IMG/VR virus record: IMGVR_UViG_3300011115_000278
Location: 1-63,349 of that record
DNA length: 63,349 nt
Reading direction: 5' to 3' (one strand)
From: a virus
Lineage: Duplodnaviria > Caudoviricetes
The notes under the pieces were generated by a model. The model saw only the letters and a list, made by a program, of their open reading frames with translations, was not told the DNA's origin and did no database searches. The first letter of the stretch is position 1, and each line of letters begins with the position of its first letter. Shown here one piece after another: positions 55,194 to 63,349 of this stretch. The translations under genes were made by a program, and so were the position numbers.

Positions 55194-56042
55194 ATGAGTC
55201 AAACTTTATTAGGTGGATTCCTTTCCGCAACTTTTAACCCTTTGAGTGGCGCACCTACTGCTGTTGAATACCTTGTGGTCGCTGGTGGTGGTGGTGCGGG
55301 TTATTCAGCAGGGGCTGGTGGCGGTGCTGGTGGTCTTTTGACTGCGGCTGGATTTGCGGTTGCGGCTGGCTCTGCTTTGACCATTACTGTTGGTGCTGGC
55401 GGCACTGCTGGCTCTGGTTCTGGAACTGCTACAAATGGTGTTGATTCTGTATTTTCATCAATAACAGCTACAGGTGGCGGTAAAGGTGCAGAAGGTTCTA
55501 ATGCAAGTTCCTCTGGCGGTTCTGGCGGTGGTGGTGCTGGTGGTACTTCAAATGCGGGGGGCGCTGGAACTTCTGGTCAAGGTTTTGCGGGAGGTGCAGG
55601 GCAAGCATCTTCACCTTATGGTGCTGGTGGTGGTGGCGGTGCTGGTTCTGTAGGATTACAAGGTGTCAGTACAGGCGGCAATGGTGGCACTGGCATTTGC
55701 TCTACTATCACAGGCACAAGAGTGTTTTACGCTGGCGGTGGTGGCGGTGGTATTGGTTCAAATAACATTACTGGTTTAGGCGGTGGTGGCGGTGGTGGCA
55801 ATGGTGGCACAGGCGCAGATATTGGCGGTTCAGCAGGGACAGCAAACACAGGCGGTGGTGGTGGTGGCGGCAGAAACTCTACAGTTGCAACTGCTGGCGG
55901 TGCTGGCGGTTCTGGCATCGTAATTCTTAGATACCCTGCATCACAAAGCCCACCAACTGCAACAACTGGCTCACCACAGATAAACTTTGCTGATGGGTAT
56001 CAGATATATACATTCACATCTAGCGGCACTATTACTTTTTAA
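55194..56042 (+). CDS. Glycine-rich domain protein 3
   Basis: Same architecture as protein 1. Confidence 0.7.
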   Translation: MSQTLLGGFLSATFNPLSGAPTAVEYLVVAGGGGAGYSAGAGGGAGGLLTAAGFAVAAGSALTITVGAGGTAGSGSGTATNGVDSVFSSITATGGGKGAEGSNASSSGGSGGGGAGGTSNAGGAGTSGQGFAGGAGQASSPYGAGGGGGAGSVGLQGVSTGGNGGTGICSTITGTRVFYAGGGGGGIGSNNITGLGGGGGGGNGGTGADIGGSAGTANTGGGGGGGRNSTVATAGGAGGSGIVILRYPASQSPPTATTGSPQINFADGYQIYTFTSSGTITF

Positions 56043-56053
56043 CGGAGAAAATC

Positions 56054-56419
56054 ATGGCACATTTTGCTAAAGTCATCAACGGCGTGGTCACAGAAGTTAA
56101 TGTGGTCGATTGGGAAACGCTGAACATTGAAGGCCATCCTTGGGGTGACCCATCACTCTGGATTCAAACTTCATATAACACCTCGGGCGGCGTACATCGT
56201 CTAGGCGGTACACCACTGCGTAAGAACTACGCTGGTATTGGGTACACATACGATGCAGGTCGTGATGCGTTTATCCCTCCCAAACCATTTGCGTCTTGGG
56301 TACTAGATGAAAGCACTTGTTTGTGGGGCGCACCTACAGCTATGCCTGTAGTTGAAGGAAAACGTTTTAATTGGGATGAGCCTACATTGTCATGGGTTGA
56401 AGTAACTCAAGGGGCTTGA
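56054..56419 (+). CDS. Conserved tail-associated protein (MAHFAK...)
   Basis: W.QTSYN..RKNYAGIGYTYD..DAFI.PKP..SW. Confidence 0.65.
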   Translation: MAHFAKVINGVVTEVNVVDWETLNIEGHPWGDPSLWIQTSYNTSGGVHRLGGTPLRKNYAGIGYTYDAGRDAFIPPKPFASWVLDESTCLWGAPTAMPVVEGKRFNWDEPTLSWVEVTQGA

Positions 56420-56420
56420 T

Positions 56421-57308
56421 ATGGGCCAATACTCTGGGATGTGGACGCTAAGTCAAGCGTCCCAAGCAATCAAAGATAATAATTGGTCTGGACTGCCTCC
56501 ACAGAATGTGGAGTATTTGGTCGTTGCTGGTGGTGGTTCAGGCGGTGGTGCTTATTATGGTGGTGGCGGCGGTGCGGGCGGGTTGCTTGCGGGTTTTTCT
56601 GGTGTTTCTGCTGGCACTCAATTATGGATAACTGTTGGCGCTGGTGGGGCGCAAGTAAGCGGTGGAATATACGGCAACATTGGAAATAACTCTGTATTGC
56701 TTGCAACATCTTCTGGAGCTACAACGGGAAACATAGTTGCTTTTGGTGGCGGCTACGGTGGTGGTGGCGGTCAAGTAAATAGTGCCTATAGGCAAGGCGG
56801 TGCAGGCGGCTCTGGTGGCGGTGGCGGTGAATATGCTGGCGGTCTTTTTGGCGGTGCTGGAACATCAGGTCAAGGCAATGCTGGCGGTAGTATTTATGGT
56901 GGCGGTGGCGGTGCAGGGACTGCTGGTATAAGTCTTTTTGGCGGTAATGGTGGCGCAGGTATTGCGTCTGCCATTTCTGGAACGGTTACAACCTATGCTG
57001 GTGGTGGCGGTATGGGAGTTAACACAACGGCTATCAGTGCGGGCGGTGTTGGCGGTGGTGGTTCAGGTGGTGGTACTAGCAGTATTGCATCTGTTGCAGG
57101 CACAGCAAACACAGGTGGCGGTGGTGGTGGTGGTTCACAAACTGGAGACCCTTCTCAATATGGTTCTGCTGGCGGTAGCGGCATCGTAATTCTCCGCTAT
57201 CCAGACACATTCATAGCCGCTACAAGCACAACAGGTTCACCAACAATCACTGTGGCTGGAGGCTTTAGGGTCTACCAATTCACAGCCAATGGTTCTATCA
57301 CGTTCTAA
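56421..57308 (+). CDS. Glycine-rich domain protein 4
   Basis: Same architecture as protein 1. Confidence 0.7.
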   Translation: MGQYSGMWTLSQASQAIKDNNWSGLPPQNVEYLVVAGGGSGGGAYYGGGGGAGGLLAGFSGVSAGTQLWITVGAGGAQVSGGIYGNIGNNSVLLATSSGATTGNIVAFGGGYGGGGGQVNSAYRQGGAGGSGGGGGEYAGGLFGGAGTSGQGNAGGSIYGGGGGAGTAGISLFGGNGGAGIASAISGTVTTYAGGGGMGVNTTAISAGGVGGGGSGGGTSSIASVAGTANTGGGGGGGSQTGDPSQYGSAGGSGIVILRYPDTFIAATSTTGSPTITVAGGFRVYQFTANGSITF

Positions 57309-57313
57309 AATGA

Positions 57314-57601
57314 ATGCGCTGGCTCATCCTGTTACTGCTGTTGGGGCTAGTTGGAGCCGTAGCCAAGAATGGCTGTCATGTGCGCGAGTTCTATGGGATA
57401 GGCTACACAGTCCACGACCCAACCCTGCGTCACAGAGAGATGATGGCGTGGCTAGACAAAAACGCCCAGTATTGCAAGTCAACAGATTACACAGTCATTT
57501 GGAACAATTTGGCAGAATGGGCTGGCGCGGCGGATTCCACATGGCTTAGAGCCAAAGTTGTACATGGATACAAAGACGCACTTGATCGAGAAAAGAAATG
57601 A
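57314..57601 (+). CDS. Secreted/membrane hypothetical protein of the lysis region
   Basis: Signal-peptide-like N-terminus. Confidence 0.6.
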   Translation: MRWLILLLLLGLVGAVAKNGCHVREFYGIGYTVHDPTLRHREMMAWLDKNAQYCKSTDYTVIWNNLAEWAGAADSTWLRAKVVHGYKDALDREKK

Positions 57602-57876
57602 CCAAGAAGCCAATACGCCAACCACGGAAACCGCAAATAGAGACAAAAGAAAAGTTGACGCTGTGGGTCACGCTCATGGTCAGCACCACCCTGTGCATCT
57701 CTGTCTTGGCTATGGTCATCAGCTTTATGCTTGGCCTTTGGGCCAAAGAGGTGGACAACGCAGAGATCTTCAAGATGATTTCACCCGCTTTTTCTACACT
57801 TATCGGCGGCATGATTGGGTTCCTGAGTGGTATTAAACTGATGCAAAATGAAGATAAAAAGGATCACAAATGTTAG
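57598..57876 (+). CDS. Two-TM membrane protein (holin-like)
   Basis: Two hydrophobic helices; near the lysozyme gene. Confidence 0.55.
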   Translation: MTKKPIRQPRKPQIETKEKLTLWVTLMVSTTLCISVLAMVISFMLGLWAKEVDNAEIFKMISPAFSTLIGGMIGFLSGIKLMQNEDKKDHKC

Positions 57877-58364
57877 ACATTCTTTCTGGGGGCTTGCTAG
57901 GCTCCATTTTTGGTGGCTTGTTCCGTATGGCCCCCGAGGTGCTCAAGTTCTTTGATAAGGCCAATGAGCGTAAACACGAACTCCTAATGTTTGCCCGTCA
58001 GTGCGAACTAGAGCAACTGCGCGGTCAGCAAAAGCTGGCTGAGATAGGCGCACAACGGGAAGCTGCCGTAGATGTGGGCGTTATGGATGCGTTTAACAAC
58101 GCCATCACCCAGCAGGCCGAGATGGTCAAAGCCGCAGGCGGTTGGGTGGCTAGTCTGTCAGCTTCTGTGCGTCCAGTCGTAACGTATTGGGTGCTGTTTG
58201 TTTGGTCATTTATCCATGTTTGGTTTGCATGGAACGCATGGGTTGCGGGTGCTCCTGCTGTAGAAGTGTTTAAAACCATGATGACACCTGACTTCTCAGC
58301 CCTGTTATCTGGGACAATTAACTATTGGTTTCTTGACCGCACCTTGAAGCAACGCGGAATATGA
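57870..58364 (+). CDS. Holin-like membrane protein
   Basis: VRPVVTY, transmembrane helices and WF..R; directly before the lysozyme gene. Confidence 0.6.
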   Translation: MLDILSGGLLGSIFGGLFRMAPEVLKFFDKANERKHELLMFARQCELEQLRGQQKLAEIGAQREAAVDVGVMDAFNNAITQQAEMVKAAGGWVASLSASVRPVVTYWVLFVWSFIHVWFAWNAWVAGAPAVEVFKTMMTPDFSALLSGTINYWFLDRTLKQRGI

Positions 58365-58804
58365 ACCTAGAACTAGCCGCAGAACTGTGCCGCCGGTATG
58401 AGGGGTATCGGGCCAAGCCCTACCTTTGTCCGGCTGGCGTGGCTACGATTGGCTATGGTTCTACATACTACGCAGACAAACGCAAGGTAACTTTAGAAGA
58501 CGCTCCAATGGACGAACCTACGGCACGGGCGCTTTTGATGATTGAGCTTGAGCATACGTATCTACCGGGTGTTTTGCGTAACTGCCCCGGCTTGATTACA
58601 GACGTTCGCAAGTGCAACGCCATTGTAGATTTTTGTTATAACTTAGGCACAGGACGCTTGCAGACTTCCACGTTAAAGAGGAAAATCAATGCCAATGATT
58701 GGGAAGGGGCAAAAGAACAACTGATGCTCTGGACTAAAGGTGGCGGTAAGGTACTGCCGGGACTACTTAAACGCCGCACGGCTGAGTGCGCTTTGTTGGA
58801 TTAA
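58361..58804 (+). CDS. Endolysin, GH24 lysozyme
   Basis: YEG....PY.CPAGV.TIGYG; FCYNLG; W...GG.VL.GL..RR.AE. Confidence 0.9.
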   Translation: MNLELAAELCRRYEGYRAKPYLCPAGVATIGYGSTYYADKRKVTLEDAPMDEPTARALLMIELEHTYLPGVLRNCPGLITDVRKCNAIVDFCYNLGTGRLQTSTLKRKINANDWEGAKEQLMLWTKGGGKVLPGLLKRRTAECALLD

Positions 58805-58807
58805 GCG

Positions 58808-60895
58808 ATGGCACTTAAAAAACTTGTACTGAAACCGGGAGTTAACCGGGAGAACACCCGGTACACCAACGAAGGTGGCTGGTTTGAGTCCGACAAAGTA
58901 CGGTTTCGCCAAGGCACACCTGAGAAGATTGGTGGCTGGTCACGTATTTCTGTGTCCTATTTTGTGGGTGTATGCCGTTCTTTGTGGAACTGGATTACCC
59001 TTGAAAATTTTAACCTGCTTGGCGTAGGTACAAACCTTAAGTTTTACCTTGAGAATGGCGGTCAGTACAACAATATTACGCCTATTCGGGCGGCGGCTAT
59101 CCTGAGTAATCCGTTTGCAACGGTTAATGCAAGTACCACTGTAACCGTAACCAATACAGCCCACGGTGCAATTACCAACGATTTTGTAACGTTTAGTAAC
59201 GTAGCCACTGTAGGCGGTTTAGATTTAAACGGTGAGTATCAGATTACTTACATTGATGCTAATACCTTTACAATTGTGTCTGCTACGGCGGCTACCTCAA
59301 CTGTGGCGGCTGGCGGCGGTACAACTGTTAATGCGGTCTATCAAATTAACGTAGGTGACTCATACCAAATTCCTCTGACCGGCTGGGGCGCAGGCAACTG
59401 GGGGTCTGGCTCTTGGGGCTTTGGCGGTACATCATCATCTGCTTTGCGTCTGTGGAGCCAGAATAACTTTGGTGAAGATTTAGTCTATGGTTTTCGTGGT
59501 GGCCCAATCTATTACTGGGATGCTTCGTTTGGCTTAAACCCATCTCCTTTTACGATCACAATTGCTTCTCCGGGGGTGGTGACAAGCGTTCTGAGCTTGT
59601 CTAATGGCACTGCCGTTATTCTTACAAATGGTGGGTATCCATCGGCGCTTCCTACGGGGCTATCTCCCGGAACTATTTACTACGTAGTCAATGCGTCTGG
59701 GTTTACATTTAACTTAGCGTTAACGGTTGGCGGAACACCTATTAACACTTCAGGAACTCAGTCTGGGACTCACTACATCATGCCTAATGGCATTAACATT
59801 GTTAGTCTGGCTAGTGCTTCTGATGCTCCAATTATCCAGAACTTTGTCTTTGTATCTGACATCAGCCGTTTTGTGTTTGCCTTTGGCTGTAATGACTACA
59901 GTTCTTCCGTTCAAAATCCTATGCTGATACGCTGGTCGGATCAGGAGTCTGTGGTCAACTGGACACCTTCTGCAACCAATCAGGCCGGTAGCGTCACTTT
60001 GTCTCACGGCTCCAGTATTGTGACTTCCATCCAAACCCGTCAAGAAATTTTGGTGTGGACTGACTCAGCCATCTATTCGCTCCAGTACCTTGGCCCGCCA
60101 GTGGTTTGGTCAAGTCAATTGATGGGAGATAACATTTCTATCCTTGGTCAGAACGCGGCGGCACAGGCTTCTGGTGTGGTGTACTGGATGGGCGTAGACA
60201 AGTTCTATTCTTACGATGGACGTTTACAAACACTAAACTGCGACCTGCGTAGATTTGTCTATCAAGACATTAACCTTGACCAAGACCAACAAGTGTTTGC
60301 TGGTACAAACGAAGGCTTTAACGAGGTTTGGTGGTTCTATTGCTCTTCAAGTAGCTTAACAGTTGACCGCTATGTGATATACAACTACGTAGAGAAAGTC
60401 TGGTACTACGGCACGATGGCACGAACAGCATGGATAGATTCTGGGCTACTGGACTACCCTGTTGCCGCTACGTACACTTATAACTTGGTTAATCAAGAAT
60501 ACGGCTTAGACAACAACGAGACAGGTACGCCCGCAGGTATTGAAGCTTATATCTCATCTTCTGAGTTTGACATTGATGACGGAGACAGGTTTGGCTTTGT
60601 TTGGAGAATGCTCCCAGATTTAACATTCTCAGGATCAGATGCCTCTCCAACTCCGCAAGTTACGTACACTTTGTATCCTATGCAAAACTCAGGCTCTGGT
60701 ACAGGCACAGCGGTAAATAAGGATGTAGACAAGTTAACCGGCGCTCAGTACACAGTGACTGAAGGTTTTACAGGGCAGATCAACACCCGTGTGCGGGGCA
60801 GACAGTTAATATTAAAAGTTAGTTCGGACAACCTTGGAACAGCTTGGCAGTTGGGTTCTACCCGTATAGACATTAGACCGGACGGCAGAAGATGA
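58808..60895 (+). CDS. Putative tail nozzle / tubular protein B
   Basis: 695 aa, beta-rich; VRFR.G.PEKIGGW, IRWSDQE, PDGRR. Confidence 0.6.
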   Translation: MALKKLVLKPGVNRENTRYTNEGGWFESDKVRFRQGTPEKIGGWSRISVSYFVGVCRSLWNWITLENFNLLGVGTNLKFYLENGGQYNNITPIRAAAILSNPFATVNASTTVTVTNTAHGAITNDFVTFSNVATVGGLDLNGEYQITYIDANTFTIVSATAATSTVAAGGGTTVNAVYQINVGDSYQIPLTGWGAGNWGSGSWGFGGTSSSALRLWSQNNFGEDLVYGFRGGPIYYWDASFGLNPSPFTITIASPGVVTSVLSLSNGTAVILTNGGYPSALPTGLSPGTIYYVVNASGFTFNLALTVGGTPINTSGTQSGTHYIMPNGINIVSLASASDAPIIQNFVFVSDISRFVFAFGCNDYSSSVQNPMLIRWSDQESVVNWTPSATNQAGSVTLSHGSSIVTSIQTRQEILVWTDSAIYSLQYLGPPVVWSSQLMGDNISILGQNAAAQASGVVYWMGVDKFYSYDGRLQTLNCDLRRFVYQDINLDQDQQVFAGTNEGFNEVWWFYCSSSSLTVDRYVIYNYVEKVWYYGTMARTAWIDSGLLDYPVAATYTYNLVNQEYGLDNNETGTPAGIEAYISSSEFDIDDGDRFGFVWRMLPDLTFSGSDASPTPQVTYTLYPMQNSGSGTGTAVNKDVDKLTGAQYTVTEGFTGQINTRVRGRQLILKVSSDNLGTAWQLGSTRIDIRPDGRR

Positions 60896-61548
60896 CTTTT
60901 ATTGTTACTACCAACTTTGAACTAAATAAGATAGCCGCGCCTAACTTACCCCTGCCTCCAGAGGAATATAACGTCCAGTATTTTGACCAGATGTTAAACA
61001 TCTTGCGTCTGTACTTTAACAGGCTTGATTCATTAACCACCCAGTTTATGACTTCATCAGGCGGAGCAGGGATACGCTTACCGTATGGAGCTTTTTCAGA
61101 CTTTACTAGTCAGACCGCAACAGCTAATACAGCCACGCTGATGGCGTTAAACACCACAGATTTTTCTAACACGGTAACTCTAGTAACTGGGTCAAAGATG
61201 ACTGTTGCTAACGCCGGTATATACAACTTGCAGTTCAGCGCACAGCTTCAGAACTTGGACAATGCCCCGCAGGATGTATTTATCTGGCTGAAGCAAAACG
61301 GCACAGACATTGTTGGCTCTACGGGAAAAGTGGGTATGCCTGCTAGAAAAAGTGCTGGGGTTCCGTTTCACGACATCAAGGGCTGGAACTATTTTCTGTC
61401 TATGAGCGCAGGCGACTACGTTCAAATTTACTGGTCTACAACTAATGCGGCTGTAACCATAGAAACTTATGCGGCTTCAGGCACACCGACTAAGCCATCC
61501 ACAGCTTCTGTTGTGGCTACACTATCATTTGTTTCGGCTTTGCCTTAA
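60892..61548 (+). CDS. Virion protein with a C-terminal C1q/BclA-like beta domain
   Basis: LRLYFN..D; GIYNLQFSAQ; GDYVQIYW. Confidence 0.55.
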   Translation: MTFIVTTNFELNKIAAPNLPLPPEEYNVQYFDQMLNILRLYFNRLDSLTTQFMTSSGGAGIRLPYGAFSDFTSQTATANTATLMALNTTDFSNTVTLVTGSKMTVANAGIYNLQFSAQLQNLDNAPQDVFIWLKQNGTDIVGSTGKVGMPARKSAGVPFHDIKGWNYFLSMSAGDYVQIYWSTTNAAVTIETYAASGTPTKPSTASVVATLSFVSALP

Positions 61549-61554
61549 TACATC

Positions 61555-63349
61555 ATGGCCATATCACAAGAACAAGTTGACTGGTGGTTTTCCCAAAACC
61601 CAAATGCTACGGCAGATGAAGTTGCTGCGGCGGTAAAGTCCGTAGGCGGGCTAGAAGGTAACGCAGGTTTGGCGGAGATGATTGCCAACCGGTTTTCTAT
61701 TGCCGAGCCAGAAGTCACAAACTACTACAACGCATACACAGCGCCTAAAACGCCCGCCACGCTTACAACGCCAACGACTGATACGTCTACAACGCTTACA
61801 ACGCCAACGACTGATACGTCTACAGTTTTAGACAGTATTATAAATACCCCAACAACTCAAACCGACTTCCTGTCAACGCTAGCCGCCCCTGCCGACAACA
61901 TAAATTCTAATAACGGTTACGTAAAGCCTTCTACAAGACCCACCAGTGGTGGCGTAACCAACGTTATTGAGGGTGACGATGTTGACACCCAAATAGCTCA
62001 ACTAGCCACAGAGTACGCCAGTTGGGGCGGTAATACTCCCGGTTATACGGAATTAATTCGCAAATCTGATGGGGCGGTGTTAGACCGTCGTAAACTGGGC
62101 ACTCTTACCGACGAAGCTTTACTCAAAATAGGTTTGTCATTTATCCCGGGGGCAGCCCCATTTCTTGCGGCGTATAACGCCCTTGATGCTGCTAGAAGAG
62201 GCAATATAGTTGGGGCAGTTATTGGTGGCACCGGGCTGGTTCCCGGCATGGAAAACTTAAACACAGCGCTAAAAGTTGGCCAAGCAATTGACCAAAACAA
62301 CCCTTTTGGGGCAATTACAGCATTGGCTGGTAATACAGATTTACAAAATTTAACGGGTCTAAACACAGCCAATGTTGGTGGTTTTACCGCTAAAGATGTT
62401 ATGGCCGCAGGTAGCCTAGTTCAAGCTGCTAATGCAAACAATACCGCTGGTGTTCTTACAAGCCTTGGAACGTTGACTGGTAGTAGCGACACAGTGTTAG
62501 CTGGTAAAGCATTAGCTTTATATAATCGTATTCAAAATGGCGACGTTAAAGCTTTAGGGGAGGCAGTTAATTTATCTAACAACGTTTCGGGTTCTACCAC
62601 TGGGTCTACTACGGGTACCGCAACTGCAGGCACGGGCACCACTACAGTTGGAGATTTTGAAGATACAGAAGTCACCCGCCTAAGAGGATTGGGATATACC
62701 AACGACCAAATCCAAGATTATTTTAGAAATCTGGATAACATAACGGGTGTATTTGATACTGTTACTGGCGGAACTGGTAACGATACGGTAACCGGCGCTA
62801 CGGGAAATGACGTTGCTTCGTTTACTAGGTCCCTTGGCACGCTAGATCAGTTAGATACAACCCGAACCGCTGATGAGTATGCTGACTTCTTGGCGTCTAT
62901 TGGCATTACAAACACTACGCAGCTAACGGATAGCGGCCTTAGTAACCAAGACATTTTGGACCTAATCAATGCTGGCATTGACACGGTTACCGTTACTGGC
63001 GCTACGGGTAACGACACAGTTACAGGCGGTACTGGAGTTAGCACAATCACGGGTGGCGGTGGGAACGACGACACGGTTACAGTTGTAGATAACAAACCAT
63101 GCGCTGCCGGTTTCCATAAGAATGATATAGGGCTGTGTGTTGCAGATACGGACTTAAACTGTCCTGAGGGGTACGAGCCAAACGAAGCCGGAACTAAGTG
63201 TATTCCGATAGTTGAGATTGTGGATAACAAACCATGCGCTGCCGGTTTCCATAAGAATGATATAGGGCTGTGTGTTGCAGATACGGACTTAAACTGTCCT
63301 GAGGGGTACGAGCCAAACGAAGCCGGAACTAAGTGTATTCCGATAGTTG
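61555..63349 (+). CDS. N-terminal part of the Cys-rich repeat protein (runs off the window end; not in ORF track)
   Basis: ATG at 61555 (MAISQEQVDWWF...). The frame appears open to the end and contains GGxGNDxV repeats followed by Cys repeats. Confidence 0.8.
   Translation, partial: MAISQEQVDWWFSQNPNATADEVAAAVKSVGGLEGNAGLAEMIANRFSIAEPEVTNYYNAYTAPKTPATLTTPTTDTSTTLTTPTTDTSTVLDSIINTPTTQTDFLSTLAAPADNINSNNGYVKPSTRPTSGGVTNVIEGDDVDTQIAQLATEYASWGGNTPGYTELIRKSDGAVLDRRKLGTLTDEALLKIGLSFIPGAAPFLAAYNALDAARRGNIVGAVIGGTGLVPGMENLNTALKVGQAIDQNNPFGAITALAGNTDLQNLTGLNTANVGGFTAKDVMAAGSLVQAANANNTAGVLTSLGTLTGSSDTVLAGKALALYNRIQNGDVKALGEAVNLSNNVSGSTTGSTTGTATAGTGTTTVGDFEDTEVTRLRGLGYTNDQIQDYFRNLDNITGVFDTVTGGTGNDTVTGATGNDVASFTRSLGTLDQLDTTRTADEYADFLASIGITNTTQLTDSGLSNQDILDLINAGIDTVTVTGATGNDTVTGGTGVSTITGGGGNDDTVTVVDNKPCAAGFHKNDIGLCVADTDLNCPEGYEPNEAGTKCIPIVEIVDNKPCAAGFHKNDIGLCVADTDLNCPEGYEPNEAGTKCIPIV
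61759..61824 (+). repeat. 33-nt perfect tandem duplication
   Basis: ACGCTTACAACGCCAACGACTGATACGTCTACA occurs twice. Confidence 0.9.
63088..63349 (+). repeat. 135-nt (45-aa) tandem repeat of Cys units
   Basis: GATAACAAACCATGCGCTGCC starts at 63088 and 63223. Confidence 0.95.

Noticed and set aside
52550-57308. Diversity-generating retroelement or invertible fibre cassette
   Set aside because: There is no reverse transcriptase or invertase and no adenine-specific TR/VR pair; all paralogues are co-oriented.
58635-58644. GTTATAACTT as a 13th motif copy
   Set aside because: It is a half-site only, within lysozyme codons (CYNL), and likely chance.
1-63349. tRNA, tmRNA, rRNA, integrase or IS elements
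   Set aside because: No cloverleaf or T-loop signatures were seen in the few intergenic gaps, and no recombinase or transposase motifs were recognised. This was by eye only; tRNAscan and HMM searches were not run.

Overview
This window is an apparently near-complete ~63 kb genome of a tailed dsDNA bacteriophage, probably podovirus-like because no tape measure or sheath gene was recognised. Both contig ends fall inside the Cys-rich repeat array of one gene, so the assembly probably broke there on a circular map. The genome has two divergent arms. The leftward early/replication arm (~34.2 kb down to 11.45 kb) carries many small early genes, an AAA+ ATPase, a VWA-metallopeptidase, glutaredoxin, a VRR-NUC nuclease, a family A DNA polymerase, a PD-(D/E)XK nuclease, an HNH protein, an SNF2 helicase, a putative SSB and a primase-helicase. 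The rightward late arm (34.5 kb to the end, continuing at 1-11.45 kb) carries terminases, portal, GroES, scaffold, major capsid, tail and glycine-rich fibre genes, lysis genes, putative ejected proteins and a 2126-aa polyvalent protein. The most unusual part is the early control region (23.4-34.3 kb). There, a perfect sigma70 promoter is followed by a hairpin and an rrn-type boxA, then a ~620-nt non-coding stretch with nested long-range pairings and a pseudoknot (candidate large ncRNA). A 16-bp quasi-palindrome, GTTATAA(GG/CC)TTATA(A/G)(C/G), occurs 12 times in this region, mostly wedged between one early gene's stop codon and the next start. A Mor-like HTH gene and an iteron-like origin lie alongside. 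Other candidates are an anti-Shine-Dalgarno sRNA, an overprinted ORF, a shared xxGG peptide tag in late proteins and a pseudoknotted late leader. No integrase, tRNA or CRISPR array was seen. Protein family assignments come from motif recognition by eye, not from database searches.
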